From contig JAQGDQ010000002.1 in assembly GCA_030141605.1 (NCBI GenBank), positions 744,001 to 808,000 on the forward strand: a stretch of 64,000 nt of DNA. The letters are read 5' to 3'. Positions 53,230-64,000 of the stretch are shown here, one piece after another. Origin of the DNA: Tubiluchus corallicola. Its lineage: Eukaryota; Animalia; Priapulida. The notes beneath the pieces were generated by a model that had not been told where the DNA came from, did no database searches, and saw only the letters and a program-made list of their open reading frames with translations. The stretch's first letter is position 1; every line of letters begins with the position of its first letter. Position numbers and translations under genes: made by a program.

Positions 53230-56200
53230 AATTTATGCATATTTGTTTATCTCTGCATTATCACAGTTTTTATTTAGAAGGATGTAATCATTTGTGGTTG
53301 CAATAACTGGTTGCAAACTTATGAGGGAAGAAAATAAAAATAAAACAAAACAAAACAAAGAAAAATAGGCAAACTTGTAAATTTATAGTGACTCTATAGT
53401 AGAATGCAATATTTTGTCACATCATGGAAACTAGTTATAGTTCAAAGAAAAATATTATCACTTATGAAAATTGTAGATCATTATTATTATACTCAAACAG
53501 GATTTGCTGATTCAGGCAAGTTGCTTTTGTAAATACAGTAGAGTTTGATTAGTGGCCGATATTGCATATCTATAAATAGCACGCCTTTATTATTGAAATA
53601 AAACAAATAAAGCTAGTAACATTCTGTAAGTGGCTCACGAAATTTGTCCAGTATAACGCTATACTTATGCAATGCAGCTCTGTTTAATAAAATGCATTTG
53701 AGAATAATATAGATTAAGGACCTGCTTACATATATATATATATATATAATGTTCATCTTAGAATATGTAATATGTATAGTATGTAAAAATTTAAATGTGT
53801 ATCAGCTACAGTAGTGTTTAACTACATTAGGGTTACCCTTTATTATTTAGTAAAAGTACTCATATCAAATCATATTTGTAAAATTTAACGATTTGTGACA
53901 ACTCGATGTATCAAAGCAGAGTTTAAAATGTTTGAACAGAAATGAAAATAGACAATAATGGCAACGTTCTCACCTGCAGTAATACTTAAGTTGAGTTTGA
54001 AGTACAACTTGAGTTTGAAGGCAGTCACAAGAAAGCATGAAAATCAATTTCGTTTTTATATACAGCTTTATTTTCAGTAAGTTTTAACAGAATTTTTTAT
54101 TATACACGACAACATGAAGTTGTAACCTAGCATAATGTATGGACAATTTTCAAATAAATATTAAAGCTGTCAATAATATCACATTTTTTCGTTACATGAA
54201 ATATTTATTTACACTGAAATGTCCATCTCAAGTGACATCATATACGCAAAGTTACCTCAACATCAAACAAGCCATGGATTATGTAGATTCGTCACACTAA
54301 TTACTCTGCAATAAAATATCACAGTACTGAAACCGATAACTTCCATAAAATTTTGTAAACTGAAAAACTTGTCGTACCAGCCAAAATGTTTACATGTACT
54401 CCTAATAAATGACTCATCTGCAAAATATTTGTAACATCAAAAAAGCAAGTTAAATGTGTATACTCTGAAAAATTTTAAAATTTAAATTCCTCTACTATTT
54501 CAGGCACAGTTCAGCTTCATGCTTTTGACAATCACTATCTACCTAGAGTACATATTCACAAAACCAAGAAATGTTAATTTTTTTAACAAACATTCAGCAT
54601 TAACCTCTTATATAGTAGTGATGTGGACTAAATAAAGCAAGGCTGGCCTTATTTTAAGCGAAACGATTTCTCCCAGGCCTTCCTTGCCTTCAGGGCATTA
54701 TGAGGTCCATGTGTGCCAATGCAGGTGATGATTCTTTCCATTTATATAAAAGGTCCAGGTGACCATTTATATAAAAAGATGGTCCAATCAAAAGCATTTA
54801 AGGAAATTGTCATTAGCAGGTAAAAACAGAGCAGTGAAATATAACTAACTATGGCCCAAATAAAGAGATTTTTATGCACTGGGTGGGCTTAATATGTATA
54901 CTTAAATAGGGCTAGGACTAGGACTAGTGCACAGGATTGCGATTCACGATAAATAAGCCCTTCTGGACACTTGCTTTTGCTGGACAATAATTTTATTGTC
55001 TCTCGGTTTTCCCCAAGAATTGTGGGTTCCTTTCCATAAATAATGCCTCATGTCCACATCACTATTAACATACAAGTGAATATTAATTTCTTTTAACACC
55101 ACCTGGGTGCATTAAGATTAAAACATTTACAAATTTTGTGATATTCCCACAGGAAATGACAAACTTATCTGAGGCTTGACTTGTAAATAGGTGTTTATAC
55201 ACCTCCAGGGTGTATCAAAAAATATAATTGAGGTTTTCCCATCTACCAGCAGTAAGGCAGCATAGACATTAGTGCCATAACAACAACTCCAATGTTTGTT
55301 TATTGTGCACATAGGGAATCTATTCACATATAATGGGAATTTCAATAAATAATATGATGGCTGAATGTTGTTCTATTGTGAAAGTTCCCATAATTTTATA
55401 TTATAATTATCATCATATGTGCTTAACAGCAAGCACTTTGCTAATTGTCTAGCAATATCAATGCATCAATTAGTTCGCAAAACTGTAAATGTAAAACTGT
55501 ACAGAAATACATAATATTTGAGCAATTACCCACTCATACAATAGACTACTGTACAATACTACCATGGCAACACAAATATGGAACTAAACAAGAAATGGGC
55601 ACAAACTTCTCACCAGGTGCTCTAGTGGGAATTGCCTGTCAGCACTGCTGCAGTTAATGTATCACGTACACTGCTGTAATACACTAAAGTCAAAAAACCA
55701 CACAAATATAACATTTCTCAGTCAAAATATCTTTTTCTACTAGAAACAACTATTGGCAATATTTTTTCCAGACATCTTAAGCATTACGGGGTACTCGCTA
55801 TAATGCAATTAGGTTTGTAAATGATTACCACGGTGCATTAATGTAAGAGGAAAATGTAAGTTCCAATGTTATTTAGATGAGCAATAAACAAAGCTACTAT
55901 TTATAAAGGGGCTATGACTAATAATTATAAGGAATCACATTGGGTAAAAGGCTTATGTAATTACGTTACAATATTAAAAATTCATGTAACTCTCTGTACA
56001 ACTTGTCTTCCTGAACAGAATACATATTTGCATAACTTAATACCAAATGATATGCAATGAATATATAACAGCAAATATTTTGTGCACTAATATCTTACAG
56101 TAACTACTACTGTACAGCATGCATATGCGTTAAATAATTATCTACATATTATTGTTCATTGTTATATATTTACAAAGAACTATGTAAATTAGCATTAACA

Positions 56201-56705
56201 TCTTTGGTACAATGATATAACTGACCTACCATAGTTAAACAATGTACAAGTCTACAAACTATGTCAATATTAATAATTATACATATGTATATACCCAATA
56301 GTATAATATATACTGTGGTAATTCTATCTAAAAAAACTTTCAATACTGAAAGCTTTAGTTGCATTGGATAATTTTGAATATAATTTATGGTTTAAGTTGT
56401 GACTCAATACATAGACATTTGCAATAGCCTATACTAATATACTGAGACCTGCTTTGATATGACTTAGACACACATACATGGAAATCACAGACTAATAGTG
56501 TCAAATGTAAGATTTTATACATTGCCATGCTTTGCCCAAGATATATATATATATATATTACATTATATAAATATACACACATTCATATGTACACAAATAA
56601 ATAACATTATTCTAATCTAATGTCTTATATCTAAATGGATTTAGAGCACAATTTATTGTTAACTGACATATTCTAAATCATTCTAACCAGCCATGTTGAC
56701 TGTAG

Positions 56706-56786
56706 CTTGTAGTACAGTTGTTGACACATGACTTGTAGTACAGTTGTTGACACATGACTTGTAGTACAGTTGTTGTACAAATGACT
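56706..56786. repeat. 26-bp minisatellite, 3 copies, in the probable RasGRP 3'UTR
   Basis: CTTGTAGTACAGTTGTTGACACATGA at 56706, 56732 and 56758 (third copy diverged). Confidence 0.9.
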
Positions 56787-57209
56787 TCTAAAGAAAGTGA
56801 ATTATGAAGAACATTTTGTATTAAGCTCATCAAAAACCTCATTATACATGCATAAAGTTCTTTCAGATCTACTGTAGGCTTTAATTTTATAAGCATCACA
56901 CTTGTCTGGATGACATGAAATTACATTTATTCATAAGTTATAAGCCAAACTCAGAGCCAGTAGCTTTGACCATTTGGATCATAAACAAAAATAACAACAG
57001 GATGGATGCTGTATTTTTGAAACTGGGTTCTAATAACAATGCAATAGAGGATTACAATGCCCATTAAGCATCACCACATAGACAAATGCAGAAATTCTTG
57101 CAATGCTAGAATACGTTTTGCTTAATTTTAATGTTACCGTACATACAAAGCAAAATATCAGACTTTAGAAAATTTATCATTTTTGAATACTTTGTGATTC
57201 AATTATAAT

Positions 57210-60200
57210 TTACACCTGTGTGTCTTTCTGTATATTGAAAGTGTCCATCTGGTTCAGGATGAAGGTAACTGTGTGCTCTCGGATGATGTTGATGTGCTCA
57301 CGCAATGTCCGCACTTCCTCTGAGGCGCATTCCAGTTTTGATCGGAGTTCGACATTTTCGCTTTGTAACTTGCCTCGCTCCTGTGCAAAACAAACACAAA
57401 TTCATCAACAAAAAGTAAAACTGACCAATCAACAAAAACTGTTATCTCTTTTATAGCCTCTCTCAATCAGCTGGAATTTCAGTTTTCCAGGCTAAACCTA
57501 AGGTGTTCTGTTCGATGCCTGATTCATGGCCACCCATTTTAAGGAAAATTCGGTAGTATGCAAATCTACAGAATATTCACTCGTTTTTTATTTAGTGCAA
57601 ACATAGCAAAAAACCTGTTATGTAAATCCCTGCAATTACATCAATTAGAATTGCTTGCGTTCTCCCTTTATTTAATACTAAATATGAAAACCTGGAAATG
57701 GATAAAAATACCACGCTGTAATGCATCATTTTGGCGTTTCTTACAAATTTGGTAAATTATCACTATGATGAGTTGGAAAAATGACTTCCTCAAAACGTCA
57801 AGCATTAGCTTAAAACAAGCTAACAACTTTGTGAATATACAAGTCATTAATGTTTCTATTTTTTCCTTTTCCTGATCTGTTTTCGTGCACTACATTCTAA
57901 TGGCGTCAGACTGTGAAACGTGAATTCTAATAATTGGCAGGTTGTCAATGCTTCTATTCCTGTTCCTGTTTTATTTAATGTTATAACCTGTTAGCCAGCA
58001 CTTTCAAGTAGGTAAAATAATTTGCTATAAATGCACCGTTATGCAGCAGACAAATGAATGCAGGCAGCAGCAAACACAGTGATGCTGTGGAGTGTTTGAT
58101 GCTAATAAGCAAACTATACAAGCAGGCAGTTCTTGACGTTGCTACATATTTTTTTAATTACTTACAGGTATACATTCTACACAAATGATGCATTAACAGA
58201 ATATCTTGAAACATAAACATTGAATACAAAAACAAAATCTAAAGAACAAAAATAAAAGCACAAAAACAATATGTACCGATGATATACCTCCTCGACTTCT
58301 GAGAGGCGGGTGAGAAGGGCTGAGTGACTATCATCATCATAGCAACGAATGCTGATGGCGCTGTAGGCATTGCTGTCGTTATGGTTAGCACTAGACAGAT
58401 CAGAAGGTAATCTGTTTAACGAAGGAACAGCATCCTGTAAAAGTTTAAGCATTACAAAAATAGAATATTTAAAATAAAAATATGGTAACACTCACAGCAG
58501 TGAAATGGTCACCAAAGAACAATAAAAATCTGTTAAATAGGACTACAAGTTGAATAATGCCAAGGCATTAGGAATCCCGTTGATTAGTTTTTGCCTTTCG
58601 GAACCATGCACCATAGACTGGCCGCAAATGAAATGAAATCTTTTTGTTGAGTCCACAAAAAGTTTAAACGGTATCCTACACTCTTAAACATTTTCCTAAC
58701 TTTGTTTTTGATAACATTTAAAAACAGTCACCATCTATTGAAACTAATCACACTTCCTAATAAACTCAATTTTTTCCAATTCAATAGATTTATTTTGCAA
58801 TAAAACAATTAAATGTACAGAAACTAAAAACTACAGTGCAACTCCATTTTGGAAGTTCTAATTATTTTGTAGTTTTGATTTCAAGGTTGTCAATTAATCA
58901 GACCTGCGAACCATTTGATGTAGAAATGAGTTAGAAACATAGAAAGCCCGGGGATCATTTTGCCCCTGGCAGTGGTACAAGGAAGGTAAATTATGTATGA
59001 AAATTTTTTGCTCTTTTCGGTATCAGAATCAAATTATCAAAAAATTGGAGCAAAAAATTTTTAAAAAATTAAGATAATTTTTGGGCACTATTGAGCTTTC
59101 TTATGCTGTTATTGCAGTTCACTATGTTTTGTACATAAATAATGTCTTTTGTACACATGAAAAAAGCTCAATAGCACCTAAACGTGCTTAATTTTCAATA
59201 ATTATAATACTCTAAACAGTAATATACATCGTGAAACTCATAGACCCTACGGTATTATTGACAGTAGTACTACTAATTGTGTTGTGATTAGTACTGATTT
59301 GGATAATGAGTTATTAGAACTGAACAGAGACTTGTCTCTATCATAAGTCTAGTGGTATAACACTGGACTTGTAATTCAAATATCTGGTTCAAATCTAGGC
59401 TCAGTCTTGAATTCATTTTCTTTTTTTATTTAAATGTCATTTTAAAAAAGTAATCCTGAATTCTTTTTATCATAGCTATTTCTCTTACGTATACACAATA
59501 TATATGTCACACAAAAAATTCTCTAGTTCAAATCATTTTTATTTCAAATTTTAAAATAGTGGCAGAAAGTATGGCAGCAAATTTTAACAGAGTGACACAA
59601 AGAAGGAAGAAGCAGAATTAGCAGACTGATGACAAAGAGCAAGAAAAAACCCGCAAACAATACAATATACAGTTTCAAGAAACTGTGCTGTGTTAGAATT
59701 AGTAACTAATTGCATTGAATGCATTTAGCAAACATATTTAGTAGATCAGCATCATTATAACATGAACAATTAAACATTTCTGTGTAACTGCTTAAACATT
59801 TCTGTGTAATTGCATTGTTGTTTCATAACTTCTAAGAGCTTTGTACTATACAGACTTTTTATAATGCATCTAAAGTAAAAGCCCAGTTATTCTTTATGTG
59901 AATAAAATCATCTACTTGTAAAGAAGAGAAACTTATCATGAAATCAAATTTCAACGTTTTCATGTGCGACAACCACAATGATTATTTAATAAAACATGAT
60001 AATTAGAATATTTGTGATCCTGTACATGCAAATTTTGCGCTTGGTAAACTTCTCCAGCGTACCATAGTCTGACGTTACGGCAGTAATCAGCAGACAGTTG
60101 TTACTGCAGAAACCAGGACAGTTCATAAGAGATCTCGTTACTGCCACTGAAACTTCAGCTAATTAAACCAATTATTTGTACTTATTAAATTATTAGCACA

Positions 60201-63200
60201 TGTACTGGGCTAAAAGTTTTATATATTAGACGTTTTTAAAGGAAGTGCAAAAGTGAGATTTTAATCCTTGATTGATGCTAGTATGAAATTGATGGATTAG
60301 ATGTGATTTGGTGGACATTTAGGTCTGTCAGTTATCATGTTTATTAATTTTGCTAAACGTTTACACCACATTGTGGTTCCATTTAAATCAACCAAGTTAT
60401 TAAACCTAATATGCGGCTATTTATTACTACAAGAATGGAATTTTTATGTAAAAATCCGCCAAATTGCCATAAAAATAAATCATAAATTAATAGCCAGATC
60501 GGTAAATAATACCCGATGTGTGCATTTGGCACCTCTTACAAAACAGGAAACCATTATTCAAATATGCTCTCCGCTGTCCCACTTCGTTGTACTAGCTAAC
60601 TGTTCACAGACCATGAATAACAGAAAGGTTAATAAAATATTTTTGCCAGGGGAAGGAGGAAGCCCAATATATATATAAAAACAATGTTATTTCTTAACCA
60701 AGTGGTTAAATATCTAAAAGCAATTCTTTCTTACTGTTTATTGCAAACAAAAAGAAGAAAACACCCTTTGACTACAAGTCATTAACTGCCAACTGTTTTG
60801 GTATTAGGCAGTTAGTGCTATTATTAGTTGGAATTACCATGCTTACACTGCATAATGTATTCCAACGAGTCTGTGGGCTGCATAGTATTGGAATATTTTA
60901 ACTGCACTTAATTCTGGAACACAACATCATAGGAAGCTGTCTTTTCACCAGAATGCGCAAAATTCTCAGAAAATCATGTTAGTGTAAATAACTTTCTCAG
61001 TAAGAGAACCTACTTGGAAAAAAGGTGGCAGGGTGGGCCAGTCCATCCTCAGTAAAGTACTAAACAGATCGCGAACCTTAGCGCAAAAGTAAAATCATCT
61101 AATTACTCACTTAATTAGTTATTATTTTACAAAATCAAGCAAAATATTGTTTCAAAAGATGTTCCTTTCACTTTTGTGAAAATGATGGTGAGGCTAGGCT
61201 TTTACTTTAATGGCAGCTGTATTAGAGTTTACATGTAACAAGTGAAAATGTAACATACAAACATACATACTAATATGCAAAAGATGGGCAATATAGATTA
61301 GTTTTGCATTCTGCTTGCCACAGTTAGGTACAAATATAGTTTCGAGTTGAGTATAAATGTCATGTTATGAATATAAATGTTGTGTCTACGAAAAGTAAAC
61401 TACTACTAAAGTGCTGCCAAACTAACAGTTCCACTTGCAAGATAGAGATACTGCAGAAATTTTGTAAAAAAATCCTACCGCAAAGACACTGTCGGGCGTA
61501 TGCAATTGACTATCTGCACTCAAGGTTGCTCGATGAAATTCGTTATCACTATCCTGATTTTCTGCTTTCACATCTAAAGTGAGTCTAGATAGCAAACTGT
61601 CTTGACTTCCATCATCAAACTGCTGTGATAGCAACTGTTGCTGTAACAACTCATCATCCACATCACCACTAATAAAAATACAAGCATAATATTTAGAAGC
61701 AAAAACTTATTGTTTTAAAATGCTGTTACACTGGATCAAAATAGCTGCAAACAAATGCAGAAGAGGAATCACAGTTTATTTTGCGCAAAGTATTCCACAG
61801 TAAAGCTTGATAATTGTGATGACAATTATATCCAAAAACTTTTGACGCATTTCATAATTATGCAAAAACATCTTTTCGCATTGCTTTATTACCTGTCATC
61901 AATTAACTGATCAACACACTCAGACTTCGATCGAAATCTAACTCGTCTGTGCTCTGGGGCACTTTGACTTCGACAAACACATGCAGCTGGATCAGCTTCT
62001 ACTGGATCATCTGTTTGAGTACCACGCTGTTGACTGACCGTTGAGTTATTCCGACGTTTGCTTCTTTGATTGAGCTTTCGTTTCATCGCTACTGACAAGT
62101 CTAAAAAAACACAAATCATCTTTTAATTTATTGAATATTTATTTTATTATACCAGCTGGATAACAATACTAACAAATTTGCAACTTAAGATGCAACTCTC
62201 CATCTCTTTCCAAATCTTTAAATTCCAGGTAGAATGCAAATCCTAGTAAACAGTGTTAAAGATAAAACAAATAAGATAAAGATATCACAAATGGGCAGTT
62301 ATCTCACTCCATCTTATAAATTTCATGTGGAAACTACTTTAAAACTTTCTATCATATATTTTGTTTTGCATTAAAATAGATTAATTAACTTTTCTTATAA
62401 TTAATTCTATGTGTACAGCTGAAAATTATTTGACAACAACAATTTTTACAACAATTAATTAGGGTACATTTAAAATTTATCCTAAAGCAGAAAACATGTT
62501 GCTAGTGAATTCATCAAGGGGCGAAAGGGAATACCTGGGTAGTCATGATGCGAGCTTTGCTACGGGCCTAGTTAGTAAATGGATCAGTGCTAGAAAAACT
62601 GAGGGCTTTTCTTGCCATTATGTACTCGATCATTTCTGCATTGAAGGGAAATTATATGCACTCAAAATGTAGTTATTTCAATTCAGCAGAATAAACTTAG
62701 AAAATCAGCCAGACTCCATTCCTACCACAACCATTTACTTCTTACTTTTTTAATAGTATACCCATTATTTGAGTGTTAGGTTCACAATGTGCCAAACTAT
62801 ATAAAAAAACTGTCCTGCTCGAACACTTACCTCTTCTAGAAAGAAATTCAATTAACGCTATTTTAAGATTCCTGTGCCAGATAAATAAAGGTCTAATTTT
62901 TTATAAGCCACAAATTAGAATAAAATAATAAATACCTGCACTAGAAAATGAACTAGAACGTCCATGGTTAAGTCCGGGTGATGACTGTGGTTGCCGCCTA
63001 CACTCCATTACGACACTGTCTTTACAGTGTTTGTGAGCATTAATTCCACAATCTTTACACTTTTGGCCCTGCTTGATTAGACCCCATAGCTAAATTGAAA
63101 TTAGCAAGTTGATAATACATGTTTACACAGAATAAATGACCGTTCCTAAGTCAAGAAAACTTTGGATGTCCATCGACATTTAACTTTTGTCCATCAATGC

Positions 63201-63848
63201 TATTTTGATATTTTTCTAAAGATTGGAAAAAATGTTGTTTGAGTTATTGTTAGACAATTACGTCAAAGGTTTACATATTTTTAGTCAGTTAAAAAAGTTG
63301 AATGAAATGAATAAACATGAATTATTTAAAAAGTCATCGAGTCATGCAAATTGCACCCACCAGGCCTGTGCAATGAATGCAAAAGGTCGGCTTGAAATAC
63401 GTGGCTTCATGAAAATCATGTTTGAAACCCTTCCGAAGTGCAACATAACAATTTGCACGAACAAAGTACTTTTTCATTTCTTCTTTGCTAATCATTCCAT
63501 CTCTGCAAAATGAAAACCAAGAGAAATATTTTTAAAATTTGAAGAATAATAAATTTCTAAGGAAACAGGCCTATAGGCAAAACAAGTTCTAACATATCAG
63601 AAAATTCCTGAGTTGCAAGTTATTAGTTTCCTCTACAAGACACTTATTTTTTTCATTCAGAAGAATCTACAAGAAACAATTTTATATTATCTATTAAAGC
63701 ACATATTATCATATGAAGGAAATAAATCTTACTTGTCAGCATCCAAAACACAGAAGGAATCGATGAATGGAAAATTACTGGCTATCTGATCAAACTCTGT
63801 CTGAGATATAAATCCATCCCGATCGTGATCATAGTTTTTGAATACAGC
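57210..63848 (-). CDS. RASGRP: Ras guanyl-releasing protein (RasGRP/CalDAG-GEF), C-terminal seven exons; 5' part lies beyond the right edge
   Basis: Exons 63848-63733, 63502-63361, 63089-62936, 62100-61893, 61668-61479, 58434-58288 and 57380-57210 join in phase. Paired EF-hands ([37 protein letters not shown]), a C1 domain ([50 protein letters not shown]) and a C-terminal coiled coil ending DTQV*. Confidence 0.95.
59340..59406 (+). pseudogene. Second degenerate tRNA-like relic
   Basis: CTAGTGGTATAA (A-box/D arm), GGACTTGTAATTC (TGT anticodon-like loop) and GGTTCAAATCTAGGCT (B-box). Layout resembles the 26272 copy. Confidence 0.5.
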
Positions 63849-64000
63849 CTGTAATAGTATATGATACATATCACTGAAAAGTCAGGCAATGTGAATAAAC
63901 ATTTTAACATTGGAACATTTACCGAAAGATCTAATCCACCTAGAAACGTGTAATTTAAATAAATAAAATAAACTTTTGTTACGGTGTGAAATGCTGTTAC

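Noticed and set aside
57765-57880. C/D-box-like ATGATGA...CTGA pair
   Set aside because: It is antisense to the host RasGRP intron, with no terminal stem or recognisable guide.
58945-58992. piggyBac-like element end (also AAAGGGTTAA at about 11399)
   Set aside because: No matching opposite end found, so no element can be delimited.
62831-62871. Strong minus-strand donor GAG|GTAAGT with nearby AGs (5-nt or 41-nt exon) in RasGRP
   Set aside because: Both options frameshift or contain a stop, and the flanking exons already join in phase. A poison exon cannot be excluded.

Overview
AT-rich, intron-containing animal (invertebrate-like) genomic window. Most of the short ORFs in the track are noise. 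Joining exons by hand at GT-AG sites gives five multi-exon genes in alternating orientation: the 5' part of a bestrophin (-), CDC37 (+, 10 coding exons, 361 aa), ADHFE1 (-, 12 coding exons, 477 aa), a Par-4/PAWR-like gene (+, 6 coding exons, 343 aa, spread over about 28 kb) and the 3' part of a RasGRP (-). An alpha-1,3-fucosyltransferase (GT10) with an uninterrupted ORF is nested on the same strand inside PAWR intron 35362-46747. Both AG acceptors in front of it would put an immediate stop in the PAWR frame, and complementary (CAT)/(GAT)-rich tracts bracket it. Repeats include two TGT..ACA elements with 5-bp TSDs (one just upstream of the CDC37 ATG), a CR1 fragment, a tRNA/5S composite SINE, tRNA-like relics, pogo- and hAT-like MITEs and microsatellites. 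All coordinates were read by eye. Family assignments come from remembered motifs; no searches were run.
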